From: an uncultured Candidatus Binatia bacterium | GTDB lineage: Bacteria; Desulfobacterota; Binatia; Bin18; CBDCRK01 | DNA length: 64,000 nucleotides | Direction of reading: 5' to 3' | Assembly: GCA_965220955.1 (NCBI GenBank) | Contig: CBDCRK010000004.1 | Coordinates: 23,277 to 87,276 of the forward strand | Shown here: one piece after another, positions 26,874 to 36,037 of the stretch | Position numbering within the stretch: position 1 is the first letter of the stretch | How the letters are laid out: each line of letters opens with the position of its first letter | Notes under the pieces: model-generated | Seen by the model: the letters and a program-made list of their open reading frames with translations, nothing else | Databases searched by the model: none | What the model was told of the DNA's origin: nothing | Program-made: the position numbers and the translations under genes

Positions 26874-27308
26874 CTAGCTCCGTGAGGGTAGTGCAGCCTT
26901 AAAACCGCCCTGAATGGTGACCTGGCCCTTTTGGTTGGTCATCTGCAAATCACCTTCAATAATCTTATCCCCGTTCTCAGTGTCTTTCTTTGTCACCTTG
27001 CCGGTGCATGTCACCGTATCGCCCGGCCACACCTGGGTGGCAAAGCGCACCTTATACTTGCGGAGATTTTCCCTACCCACATAGTCGGCAATGCACTTGC
27101 TGAGAAGACCAGCATTAAGCATCCCCATAGCAAAGACAGTGGGATATCCGGCGGTATCGGCAAACGTCTGGTCATGGTGGATGGGGTTAAAATCGCCCGA
27201 GGAACCAGCATAGCGGACAAAATCGGTACGCGTCAAATTCTCCACTACAAAAGGGGTAATTTCATCCCCAACGTTCACATTCTCGTAGTACAACTTCTTG
27301 CCTGCCAT
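26874..27308 (-). CDS. MaoC-like (R)-specific enoyl-CoA hydratase, hot-dog fold
   Basis: FVRYAGSSGDFNPIHHDQTFA is the MaoC dehydratase motif. Confidence 0.8.
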   Translation of the reverse strand: MAGKKLYYENVNVGDEITPFVVENLTRTDFVRYAGSSGDFNPIHHDQTFADTAGYPTVFAMGMLNAGLLSKCIADYVGRENLRKYKVRFATQVWPGDTVTCTGKVTKKDTENGDKIIEGDLQMTNQKGQVTIQGGFKAALPSRS

Positions 27309-27355
27309 AGTTCACCTCTTCTGACTTCTACTGCAATTGCAAAGCTCCCAATTTT

Positions 27356-27811
27356 CTAGCTCTGTACTGCCTGCCCAGTCTCAATGGTGGTTGAGCGGGT
27401 GAGTGCCACCAGGTCCCCTCTTTGGTTTTTGTATTCTGTCTCCATGATCACAAAGGTCATAGTACCACCTCGGGAGCCAGCTTTTTCGTACACATCAGTT
27501 ACCCGGGTTATGGCTGTAAGCACGTCACCAGCATAGATTGGCTTGAGGTACTCAAACTCCTGCTCTCCGTGCAGTACACGACGTAAGTCCATCTGTACGT
27601 GGGGGCGGCCTTCCCCTTCATCCCAGTGAGCCAGAGTCATGAGAAAGGTTGGTGGGATCATGACCCCCCCAACTTCTTTCTTGGCATGCTCCAGGTCATA
27701 ATAGATAGGGTTGGGATCTTTGATAGATTTGGCAAATTCCCGGATTTTCCCGTATTCCATGTGCATAGGGATAGGCTTGCCGGCTTTGCCAATGTCACTC
27801 TTGTCTGCCAT
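27356..27811 (-). CDS. MaoC_dehydrat_N-type hot-dog protein (partner subunit of the hydratase)
   Basis: 151 aa. IREFAKSIKDPNPIYYD...LHGEQEFEY is typical of the N-terminal half-domain family. Adjacent to the MaoC gene, suggesting a heteromeric arrangement. Confidence 0.7.
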   Translation of the reverse strand: MADKSDIGKAGKPIPMHMEYGKIREFAKSIKDPNPIYYDLEHAKKEVGGVMIPPTFLMTLAHWDEGEGRPHVQMDLRRVLHGEQEFEYLKPIYAGDVLTAITRVTDVYEKAGSRGGTMTFVIMETEYKNQRGDLVALTRSTTIETGQAVQS

Positions 27812-27823
27812 GAGGTACCTCCG

Positions 27824-28948
27824 CTAACGGTCTAATGTATACTGCGCCACTAGCTCACGATTCCAGGTAGCATCACCAAAGGTCACTTCCGAGGATTTAG
27901 CCCGCTTGAAGTAGAGGTGCAGGTCATGTTCCCAGGTAAAGCCAATGCCGCCGTGCACCTGAATACCCTCGCTGGCTACCTGCCGGTAGGCATCGCTGCA
28001 GCAGGCCTTGGCCATGGCCGCGGCTAAAGGAGCCTCAGGAACATCGTTTGCCACTGCCCAGGCAGCATAGTATGTTGCCGATTTCGCGTTTTCCACCTGC
28101 AGAAGCATGTTGGCACACTTATGTTGAATGGCCTGGAAGCTGCCGATAGGCCGGCCAAACTGCTCCCGCACTTTGGCATAGTCCACACTCATGTCCAGCA
28201 CCTTTTGCGCTCCTCCGCACATTTCGGCACAGAGGGCCACTTTTCCTCGGTCGATCACCCGGGCCAGCACCTCCCATCCTTTGCCCAGAGTTCCCAAGAC
28301 TGCCTCAACACCCACCTGCACATTATCAAAGGTTACCTCGCAGAGCTTACGAGTCTGGTCCATGGTCTTAAGCAGCTCAAGGTTAACTCCGCTCTGCTGC
28401 CTCTCTAGCAGAAAGAGCGAATTGCCTTCGTCAGTTTGTGCTGCCACAATCAGAAAGTCCGACACATGGGCATCGGGGACAAAGAGTTTGGTTCCGCTTA
28501 AACGATAGCCGCCTCCGTTCTTCTCCGCCCTAAGGGTTATTCCTTCAGCATCCCAGCGGGCTGTTGGCTCAAGCAAAGCAAGCGTCACCTTGGTCTGACC
28601 GTTTACTAGACCAGGTAGAATACGTCTTTTCTGCTCCGCATTTCCTGCCTCCAGAAGAGTGGCTCCGCCCAGTGTAATAGTGGAGAAGAAGGGACCGGGC
28701 ATGACCACCTTGCCCATCTCCTCAAGTACTACAGCTAGGTCAACCATACCGAGCCCAGAGCCGCCGTACTCCTCAGGATAGATGAGTCCCAGCCAGCCCA
28801 TCTCGGCCATCTTTTGCCAAAGCTCCTCAGAATGCCCTCTGTCATCCTCCATCATCTGGCGGACGTAGGTCATAGGACACTCTTTGACAAGAAAATCCTC
28901 CGCGGTCCGACGCAACAGCTCCTGTTCCTGGCTAAAACCAAAATCCAT
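27824..28948 (-). CDS. Acyl-CoA dehydrogenase
   Basis: 374 aa. MDFGFSQEQELLRRTAEDF..., ...GGIGFTWEHDLHLYFKRAK... and a C-terminal catalytic region are typical of ACADs. Confidence 0.85.
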   Translation of the reverse strand: MDFGFSQEQELLRRTAEDFLVKECPMTYVRQMMEDDRGHSEELWQKMAEMGWLGLIYPEEYGGSGLGMVDLAVVLEEMGKVVMPGPFFSTITLGGATLLEAGNAEQKRRILPGLVNGQTKVTLALLEPTARWDAEGITLRAEKNGGGYRLSGTKLFVPDAHVSDFLIVAAQTDEGNSLFLLERQQSGVNLELLKTMDQTRKLCEVTFDNVQVGVEAVLGTLGKGWEVLARVIDRGKVALCAEMCGGAQKVLDMSVDYAKVREQFGRPIGSFQAIQHKCANMLLQVENAKSATYYAAWAVANDVPEAPLAAAMAKACCSDAYRQVASEGIQVHGGIGFTWEHDLHLYFKRAKSSEVTFGDATWNRELVAQYTLDR

Positions 28949-28956
28949 GTTTTTTC

Positions 28957-30099
28957 CTAACTATTGGCCAGGATGGTTACACAGCCAACCGACCCCGGGC
29001 CACCGAGGTTATGGGCTAACCCGACCTCAGCATCCTTGACCTGCCGGGCACCAGCTTTGTCCCACAGATGCTGGGAGACCTCATAGATCATGCGAATGCC
29101 GGTGGCTCCGATGGGATGACCAAAAGACTTGAGTCCTCCGCTCGGGTTCACGGGAACGTCGCCGTCAAGCGCTGAACGCCCTTCCTCAATATACCTCCAG
29201 CCTTCTCCCTTCTTGCAAAGACCCAGGTCCTCATAATTCAAGATTTCGGTAATAGTGAAGCAGTCGTGACATTCAACAAGGTCAATGTCTTTGGCCGTCA
29301 TTCCTGCCTGCTCGTAGGCGGACTGTGCTGCCTGCGCGGTAGCAGGAAAGCCAGTATAAGCAAATCCCGGCTTTAGGTAGGGCTCTCCTGAGGTGACGGC
29401 AAGACCGACGCCTTTTACATAGAGCGGGTCAGGACGAAAGTTCTTGGCCAGCTCTGCCCGACAAATAATGACCGCTGCTGCACCATCAGTGGTAGGACAG
29501 CAGTCAAACAGGCCTAGGGGGGTACAAATCATAGGAGCTTTAACAACCTGATCCTCAGTCACTTCCATCTGGAAGTGGGCCTTGGGGCTCATGGTGCCAT
29601 TATGGTGGTTCTTCATAGCCACCTTGGCCAGAGTGGTTTTGTCAATGCCATAGGTCTTAAAATAACGGGTGGCCGCCATGGCAAAGAGGCTGGGGGCAGT
29701 GGTGCCATAGCCAACAACCGGATGGCTGCCAAACGTCCCCAGACCTCGCTGCCCGGAATCGCGCAGCTTCTCAAATCCCAGCGCCAAAACCACATCGTAC
29801 ATGCCCGCGGCCACAGCCATACAGGCGTTGCGGAAGGCATCCATGCCGGAGGCGCAGTAATTCTCCACGCGGGAGATAGGAATGTTGAAGAGCTTGAGCG
29901 GGTCAGCCAAGGCGTTACCTGCATTAGCCGAGCTAAGCGTGCCCACCCAGGCGGCCTGAATCTGACCGGGCTCAATTTTGGCGTCCTCATACGCGTCATA
30001 TGCCGCTGTTACCACCATGTCCTCAGCGCTCATGTCATAATTTTCACCGAATTTACTACAGCCCGCTCCAATCACCGCCACTTTATCCCTAATGTTCAT
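28957..30099 (-). CDS. Thiolase-like protein (SCP-x / lipid-transfer-type thiolase)
   Basis: MNIRDKVAVIGAGCSKFGE..., an active-site region VENYCASGMDA, and C-terminal NPSGGLKSFGHPIGATG. Start taken at Met 30099, after GAGGAGG. Confidence 0.8.
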   Translation of the reverse strand: MNIRDKVAVIGAGCSKFGENYDMSAEDMVVTAAYDAYEDAKIEPGQIQAAWVGTLSSANAGNALADPLKLFNIPISRVENYCASGMDAFRNACMAVAAGMYDVVLALGFEKLRDSGQRGLGTFGSHPVVGYGTTAPSLFAMAATRYFKTYGIDKTTLAKVAMKNHHNGTMSPKAHFQMEVTEDQVVKAPMICTPLGLFDCCPTTDGAAAVIICRAELAKNFRPDPLYVKGVGLAVTSGEPYLKPGFAYTGFPATAQAAQSAYEQAGMTAKDIDLVECHDCFTITEILNYEDLGLCKKGEGWRYIEEGRSALDGDVPVNPSGGLKSFGHPIGATGIRMIYEVSQHLWDKAGARQVKDAEVGLAHNLGGPGSVGCVTILANS

Positions 30100-30571
30100 A
30101 GAGCACCTCCTCTTTTGTCTATCATCGACAGTCTGCCCCGGCATTTAACCATATCCCAAAGGGAAGGACAACTGTTTATTATGGCTAAAAGGTGAGCAAA
30201 GCCTCAAGGAGAATATCCCCAGGCATGCCTCTCAGGTATTAGCTAAGGGGATGAAGTTTTCCACTGGCACGATGCCGAGGGCTAGAGGGGGTAGTGAAAG
30301 CAGCCCTGCGAGGGTGCAGAGTGAAGGTGACAGGGCTGTGGTTGGTGGGCAAAGCAACTCCATTGCCCCCACAGCACCGCTTTTATCAAGCCCACACACT
30401 GAGAAATCGTGTGGTCTTGTCGATCCTCTTCAGTGCTTTGCAGATGATAAACAACCCACGGCTGAGCCTGAGAAAACACGATAGGCTTGCTGCTGCAAAA
30501 GTCTTGCAGGATATTGTTCAAGCACCTAAGAGTGACTATTAATTTTGTGGGGATCCCTCAGGCTCTGGCCC

Positions 30572-32131
30572 CTATTTTTCAGAAAAACTAAGGAGTCTCA
30601 AGTATTCCTCAGGAGAAACAGCCACAAGAAAAGTGCCAAGCCGCGGTCCTTTATCTCGACCAAAGAGTAGATTGTAAACAATCTCAAAAAACCGCCGCTG
30701 TGCAGCTTTCTGCTCTGCTTCCGTCATGTCTGCCTTCTTAGGTATAGCATAGAGCTTCTCGGTTGCCTCTGCCAAACCGAACTCGGAGGCCTGCAGCCAC
30801 TGATATAACTCAGCAACCCATTGCTGCTCATGGGGAGCAAGGGTCTGGAAATAGTCAGCATTTTGCTGGCAACACAAAGTGGTACGCTGATCGGGCGCAT
30901 AATACTCAAGCCAGTTCTCGGCCTTTTGCAGACGCTCCGCAAAGTGCTCCTGTGAGCAAGGGTCGCCAATACGAGCGAAGATGGCTTCGAGGGCTTGACG
31001 GTTGCCCTGAACCACACCGGAAAAACTGGCCAACTGTCTAAAGGATACCGAGTGAACTTGACGTTCCGGAATTTTGGCCAACTCTAGGGATCTCTGATCG
31101 GTAGCAGAGTTTGAGCCTAACTGGGCCTTGTCAAATTCTTCGTATATGCGCTGCACCTGCTCGTCAACCGCCAGATCAAAGGCGCGGGTCGGAGGGGTGC
31201 GAGCAAATACCCAGAGCAAGACCTCAGGCTGATAAATTGCCAGCACCTCGTCGGGGGTGAGAAGCTCGCCGGAGGAACTGCTCATTTTTCCTGTGAGCCC
31301 CTTGATGCCAATAAATTCGTAGGGCTGGAACACTGGTGATCGGTAGTGATAAATCTGTTTGGCAATCTCCCTGGATACCTCAAAGCTGCCGCCAGCAGTG
31401 GCATGATCCTTCCCTCCGGGTTCAAAGATAACGTTTTCATGCCGCCACCGCATCGCCCAGTCAACCTTCCAGGGAAGCTTAACGTTGGTGGCTGTGCGGA
31501 GGTCTACAACCCCTGGATGCTGGCACAAGGAGCAAACGTAAGACAGCTCCGTCTCTGAGGCATCAGCAGAAAGAATCTGCGTTGTATCCCGGTCGCAAGC
31601 CTCACAGTAAATCGTGATTGGGAAATAGCCCTCACGCTCTTGCTCGGATCCTCCCTGGGTACGGTAGCCAGCAATAATGTCATAAATAGCGTGGCGGGCA
31701 GCAACAGCCTCAAGAATGCCTTCTCGATAAACGCCGCTCTGGTACATCTGGGTCTGATAGCGAAACGCAATGTCGATACCTAATTCGCGCAGCGACGCTT
31801 CGAACTCATGCTCATAGCATGCGGCATAGGAGTCATAGCTACCGGACGGGTCCGGAATATGGCTCAGCGGCTTGCCAATGAACTCAGCATAGGGCTCAGG
31901 TATTCCCTTGGGAACTTTGCGAAAGCGATCATAATCATCCCAGGAGTGAAATAGATAGACCTTTTTCTTTTTGTCCTGCAGGGCTTTGCCTACCAACCAA
32001 ATAGTGACAATGTCCCGTAAATTGCCTACATGAACCGGCCCGGAGGGACTGATTCCTGAGGCACAATAAAAGATATCCTGATAGGGATAACGTTTAATAA
32101 GATTGTCAGCAATTTTATCTGCCCAATGCAT
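30572..32131 (-). CDS. lysK: Lysine--tRNA ligase, class I
   Basis: 519 aa. Class I signature HVGNLRD (HIGH-like) in ASGISPSGPVHVGNLRD, and KMSSS in GLTGKMSSSSGE. Confidence 0.85.
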   Translation of the reverse strand: MHWADKIADNLIKRYPYQDIFYCASGISPSGPVHVGNLRDIVTIWLVGKALQDKKKKVYLFHSWDDYDRFRKVPKGIPEPYAEFIGKPLSHIPDPSGSYDSYAACYEHEFEASLRELGIDIAFRYQTQMYQSGVYREGILEAVAARHAIYDIIAGYRTQGGSEQEREGYFPITIYCEACDRDTTQILSADASETELSYVCSLCQHPGVVDLRTATNVKLPWKVDWAMRWRHENVIFEPGGKDHATAGGSFEVSREIAKQIYHYRSPVFQPYEFIGIKGLTGKMSSSSGELLTPDEVLAIYQPEVLLWVFARTPPTRAFDLAVDEQVQRIYEEFDKAQLGSNSATDQRSLELAKIPERQVHSVSFRQLASFSGVVQGNRQALEAIFARIGDPCSQEHFAERLQKAENWLEYYAPDQRTTLCCQQNADYFQTLAPHEQQWVAELYQWLQASEFGLAEATEKLYAIPKKADMTEAEQKAAQRRFFEIVYNLLFGRDKGPRLGTFLVAVSPEEYLRLLSFSEK

Positions 32132-32226
32132 GGGGTTAGACTTTCCTGTTTCTTTCTGACCGTGAGATATTGTAGGGTGACCCTTGCGTGGTTGCCTCGG
32201 AGCAAGGCAGGCACAGAGGCCCGTCT

Positions 32227-33636
32227 CTACTGGGCTGCAGGCTTAGCCTTCCAAAAGTAATTCTTCAAACCAAATCCTTCGTGATACTTACGAAATGTCA
32301 GCTCCACAGGCATATCTATTTGCACCTGATCGGGCTCACAGTCGGTCATCTGGACATAGAGCCGCCCGCCGCCGTTAAGATCGACTACAGTATGAGTAAC
32401 CGGCGGATCAGGGGATTCGACTAGGTAGTCATGGGTAAAAGTAAAAACCTTGCCCTGGCGGGGCAGTTTGACCTCCTCTAATCCTTCCCGGTACCCACAC
32501 TCAGTGCAGATGCGGTGAATGGGAAACTGAACGGTGCCACACTGCGCGCACTTGCCGCCATGCAGGGGTAGGATCTCTTTCTGGTCGCGCAAGAGCACTA
32601 CTGGGGTAGAAGTGTCGGTAGTAGAATAGTCCTTGCGCATGAGTTTGCGAAACCGGGCATATTTCCCGTATGAGGGCAGAGTGCGTTTGACCTCGATCTG
32701 CGAGTACACGCTGCGTGCCACCTGGAACTGGATAATGGCGTCAGTGACTTTAAAGACGGCGGCGTCCCCACCGTCCCCATAGCCTATCATAAGGATCAAA
32801 TCCCCAGGCTTAGCCCGTTCCAGGGCCGCGGTCAGCAGCATAAGGGGCTGCGCCGTACCCGCATCCCCCACCGTGGTCCAAAAGGTGTCCTGCACCTGAT
32901 TTTTTACATCCAGACCCAAACCCCGTAGTGCTCCTTGTAGGGCCCGCTGGTTCGGTGCGGCAATGGCAGCATGGGCAATTTGTTGGGAAGTAAGCCCACA
33001 TTTCTTCAATATCCCTTGTACTACCGTGGAGATGAAGCGGTTGTAGCCGAACCTGGTCTCAAAAGCTCCACCAAAGGAACGAGTATAGTCCTGCTCCTCT
33101 GTCCGCCAGGTACCAAGGAACTCCTGGCTGACCGTGTAAGTATCTACTACCTCGGCAATAACATTGTTGTTGCCAATGAGAATCGCCCCACCCGCATCTC
33201 CATAGCTCTGTTCCTGGACAGAGTCCGGCTCACTCATGCGAGAGTCACCGGCACACACAAGGATATTCTGTCCCCCCCTACCTTGGAGAATATCAACGGC
33301 AGTCAAGATTGCCGATGTCCCCGCCCTAAGCGTATCGGTGAAATCCATGGTGCGGATTTCTGGATTGGCATCAAGGACCGCCGCCACAGTGACTGCCGCC
33401 TGCTTTTCGCGATACGGGGAGGTTGTAGAGGCAAAAAATACGCCGGCCAAATTCCCAGGATCACGGCTTCCCATGCAGTTTAAGCTCGCATTCACCGCCA
33501 GGGTCAGGCTGTCCTCATCATGGTTGGCGATTGCCCGCTCCCCACCCATTGACGCAGTACCCCACTCTTTGGCAATCACATCGCGAGGCAGGCGATAAGT
33601 TGGAACATAGGCACCATACGAGACAATACCGGCCAT
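32227..33636 (-). CDS. HMG-CoA synthase-like (thiolase-fold) protein fused to a DUF35 zinc-ribbon/OB-fold domain
   Basis: The N-terminus MAGIVSYGAYVPTYRLPRDVIAKEWG is archaeal-type HMGCS-like. The C-terminus has CAQCGTVQFPIHRICTECG followed by an OB-like segment, matching the DUF35 pattern. Start taken at Met 33636, after GAGGAG. Confidence 0.7.
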   Translation of the reverse strand: MAGIVSYGAYVPTYRLPRDVIAKEWGTASMGGERAIANHDEDSLTLAVNASLNCMGSRDPGNLAGVFFASTTSPYREKQAAVTVAAVLDANPEIRTMDFTDTLRAGTSAILTAVDILQGRGGQNILVCAGDSRMSEPDSVQEQSYGDAGGAILIGNNNVIAEVVDTYTVSQEFLGTWRTEEQDYTRSFGGAFETRFGYNRFISTVVQGILKKCGLTSQQIAHAAIAAPNQRALQGALRGLGLDVKNQVQDTFWTTVGDAGTAQPLMLLTAALERAKPGDLILMIGYGDGGDAAVFKVTDAIIQFQVARSVYSQIEVKRTLPSYGKYARFRKLMRKDYSTTDTSTPVVLLRDQKEILPLHGGKCAQCGTVQFPIHRICTECGYREGLEEVKLPRQGKVFTFTHDYLVESPDPPVTHTVVDLNGGGRLYVQMTDCEPDQVQIDMPVELTFRKYHEGFGLKNYFWKAKPAAQ

Positions 33637-33749
33637 GGCTGACTCCTCAGAACTTGCGGGCGAATACAAAATTCGCCCCTATCTTGGTCAAAATCATATC
33701 GCGTTTTGTAGCGGCAATCCTTGTGATCGCCCAAACCGAGGTCAAAACT

Positions 33750-33791
33750 CAGATGCCGTTACGCATCTTCCAGATGCCGTTACGCATCTTC
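33750..33791. repeat. Perfect tandem duplication of a 21-mer (cagatgccgttacgcatcttc, 2 copies)
   Basis: Read directly. Copy 1 is 33750-33770 and copy 2 is 33771-33791. It abuts the SDR stop codon in the SDR / HMGCS-like intergenic region. Confidence 0.9.
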
Positions 33792-34585
33792 TATCCTAGC
33801 CGGCTTCCTGAGCGACCCGAACCCAGCACACAACCATCCACCTGCAGGTTCACCCCGGTGATATACCCAGAGGCCTCGGAAGCCAAAAATACGCACGGCC
33901 AGGCAATTTCTGGACCAGTGCCAAAGCGCTTAAGAGCAGTGGAGTTAATCGCTCCCTGCTGTAGCTCCTCGGTTGGCCACAGCACTTCTTTGACCCCTTC
34001 GGTCTCAATCGGCCCTGGAGAAATGCAATTGACACGGATCTTATGAGGGGCCCACTCAATGGCCAGTGTACGGGTTAGATTGATCACTCCAGCTTTAGAC
34101 GCAGCATAATGGGACATATAGCTCGACCCGTACACCCCGGCATCCGAGGAGATATTAATGATCTGGCCACCGGTTTTCCGTTCAATCATGACCTTAGCCA
34201 CTGCCCGGGAAAACAAAAACGTGCCATTCAAGTTGATAGCCACAATGGCACTCCAGCCGTTAGGAGAGATATCCTCCGACTTAGCCACAAAGCTGGCCCC
34301 GGCGTTGTTGATAAGCACATTAACCCCGCCAAAAGCCTCAATGGTTTTTTTGACTACCGCTTCAATTTGGTCATTGTGCCGCACATCACAAACCATGGCC
34401 TCAACCACCCCGCCCTCTTGGCGAATTCCCTCAGCCACCGGCCCAAGGTGATCCATGGTGCGGCTGGTAATCATTACTTTGGCTCCGCGACGGCAAAACT
34501 CCCTGGCAATATCTGCCCCGATACCGGTTCCGCCTCCAGTAACAATTGTGACCTTTCCCTCAACGCTAAATACTTTATCTGTCAT
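33791..34585 (-). CDS. SDR-family oxidoreductase (FabG-like)
   Basis: TGGGTGIG cofactor motif, catalytic YAASKAG, and an NNAG motif. Confidence 0.85.
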   Translation of the reverse strand: MTDKVFSVEGKVTIVTGGGTGIGADIAREFCRRGAKVMITSRTMDHLGPVAEGIRQEGGVVEAMVCDVRHNDQIEAVVKKTIEAFGGVNVLINNAGASFVAKSEDISPNGWSAIVAINLNGTFLFSRAVAKVMIERKTGGQIINISSDAGVYGSSYMSHYAASKAGVINLTRTLAIEWAPHKIRVNCISPGPIETEGVKEVLWPTEELQQGAINSTALKRFGTGPEIAWPCVFLASEASGYITGVNLQVDGCVLGSGRSGSRLG

Positions 34586-34594
34586 ACAACCTAC

Positions 34595-34618
34595 GAGCGG
34601 GTGGCAAACCCGCCCCTC
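34595..34618. repeat. REP-like palindrome (family copy 3, degenerate)
   Basis: gagcgggtggcaaacccgcccctc shares the aaacccgcccct arm with copies 1 and 2. Confidence 0.5.
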
Positions 34619-34670
34619 CTTCCAATTAAAGATAATAGCCGCATCCCAGCCCAGCTTAGGCTGTCAATCA

Positions 34671-35719
34671 TTAGCCAATCGACGGCAACCAGGTATCGCC
34701 CCCATCGGTAGTGTGAAGAATTAAGCCGTATCCTCCCAACAATCCAGCCATTCTCTTCGTCAAAAAAGTCCACGGCTCGCAACCAAGTATAAACCTCCAT
34801 CCCTAGATCCGCTTTCTTCCACTCCCCGTCCTGAGAGTGCATGACTATACCTGATGACCCCACCACCCAACCCTTCCCATTAGGGAAGAGATGAAGAGCA
34901 TAGAGAGGGTCGGGCATGAAAGCATAAGGATCCTCTGGGGCAAAGGTCCACTTTTGTCCACTATCCGTGGTTGACGCAATCTTCTCATCCAATCCTACGA
35001 CCACCCCCTCCTGGGGACTAATAAAGTGAACACCAAAAAAGGTTGGCATCTCAAACGCATCGAAGACTCCACCCTGACCCAGAAGACGGTTCTGTTGCTC
35101 CTGCCAAGTAGCTCCCGCCGTCTGTGGTATGAAAGATCATACCAAACTCCCCTACCATCCAGCCCACCTGAGCATCAAGAAAGTGGATGTCATAGAGGAT
35201 AGGGTCCACTATTGCCAGGGCCACGTCTTCTCTAATCCCTTCTAGGGAAGGCTGGATGTAATGACTCTCCCAGCTCTCTCCTCCGCTGGTAGTCTTGAGA
35301 TAAGTAGCTCTATCCCCTACCGCCCAGCCATGGGTTTTATCCAGGAAAAAGAGGGAAAAGAGGGAGACCTCAGTACTACTCTGCTGTTCTTGCCAGCTCT
35401 CTCCCCCATCGGTGGTGTGAAGAATAAGCCCCTCTTGCCCGGAGATCCATCCGGTTTGCTCGTCAACAAAGTGGACCCCATAAAGAGCCATCTCGGTTCC
35501 ACTAGATTTTACCTGCCAGCTCCTGCCCCCATCCGAGGTCATGAGGATCTTACCTCTATAGCCAACTACAATGGCCTTATCCGGGGAAAGGGCGTGAACA
35601 TCGTAGAACCTATCCCTTATCGAGATCTTGGGATCGATGAGAGGAACATCCTCTATCTCTGTGTGACAAGAGGTAAGGAGTAAAACCATTAACCCTAAGA
35701 AGGTGAGGAGCTGTCGCAT
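34671..35719 (-). pseudogene. Ycf48/BNR-like beta-propeller lipoprotein with two frame breaks (G/C runs near 35114 and 34735)
   Basis: Lipoprotein signal MRQLLTFLGLMVLLLTSC. Repeated TSDGGRSWQ / TTDGGESWQ / TTSGGESW blades. Removing one base at each break restores ...HTTDGGATWQEQQNRLL...FEMPTFFGVHF... and ...GWIVGGYGLILHTTDGGDTWLPSIG-stop. Confidence 0.7.
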
Positions 35720-35732
35720 AGTCCCTACCTCA

Positions 35733-35828
35733 CTAGGCTACTCTATCCATAAGAGCGTTTTCAACAATCTCGATCTTGGCCCCGTCTTCAGGAACCGTTA
35801 GTTTGTCAAACTTGGGAACATCTGCCAT
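35733..35828 (-). pseudogene. Possible 31-codon N-terminal remnant of a homodimeric-type isocitrate dehydrogenase
   Basis: A GGAGGTGA site, then MADVPKFDKLTVPEDGAKIEIVENALMDRVA-stop. The K-[IL]-T-V-P-x-D-G-x-K-I pattern resembles the start of dimeric NADP-IDHs as I recall it. The expected PIIPFIEGDG segment is absent. Confidence 0.3.
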
Positions 35829-35996
35829 GCTGCTTACAGGTCACCTCCGCTAAAGAGATCATTAACGCAAATGTCAACAAGAATGAGATTCCTCTACACT
35901 TTCACCGGCAAATTTGCAATCGGGGCAGGCCGCCGGGGCATAGGGCCGCCCTGCTCACTTTTCAGGCCGGAGCCTCTATAAAGGGAAAAACTGTCG

Positions 35997-36005
35997 TGGT
36001 ATAAT
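35997..36005 (+). promoter_or_regulatory. Extended -10 promoter element (TGGTATAAT) upstream of icd
   Basis: TGnTATAAT match about 32 nt upstream of the icd ATG. No good -35 element. Confidence 0.35.
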
Positions 36006-36037
36006 CCGCGCAAATTTAGCGAAACAAAGGACAGCAT

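Noticed and set aside
30145-30571. 427-bp gap between lysK and the thiolase gene. I looked for a riboswitch (for example a cobalamin B12-box around ccactggcac), 6S, SRP, tmRNA or RNase P signatures. I also noted the hairpin ctgtgg...gggcaa-agcaactcca-ttgccc-ccacag at about 30335-30383.
   Set aside because: No conserved core motifs of those RNA families are present. The hairpin alone is insufficient evidence. I leave it as an unexplained non-coding region rather than a feature call.
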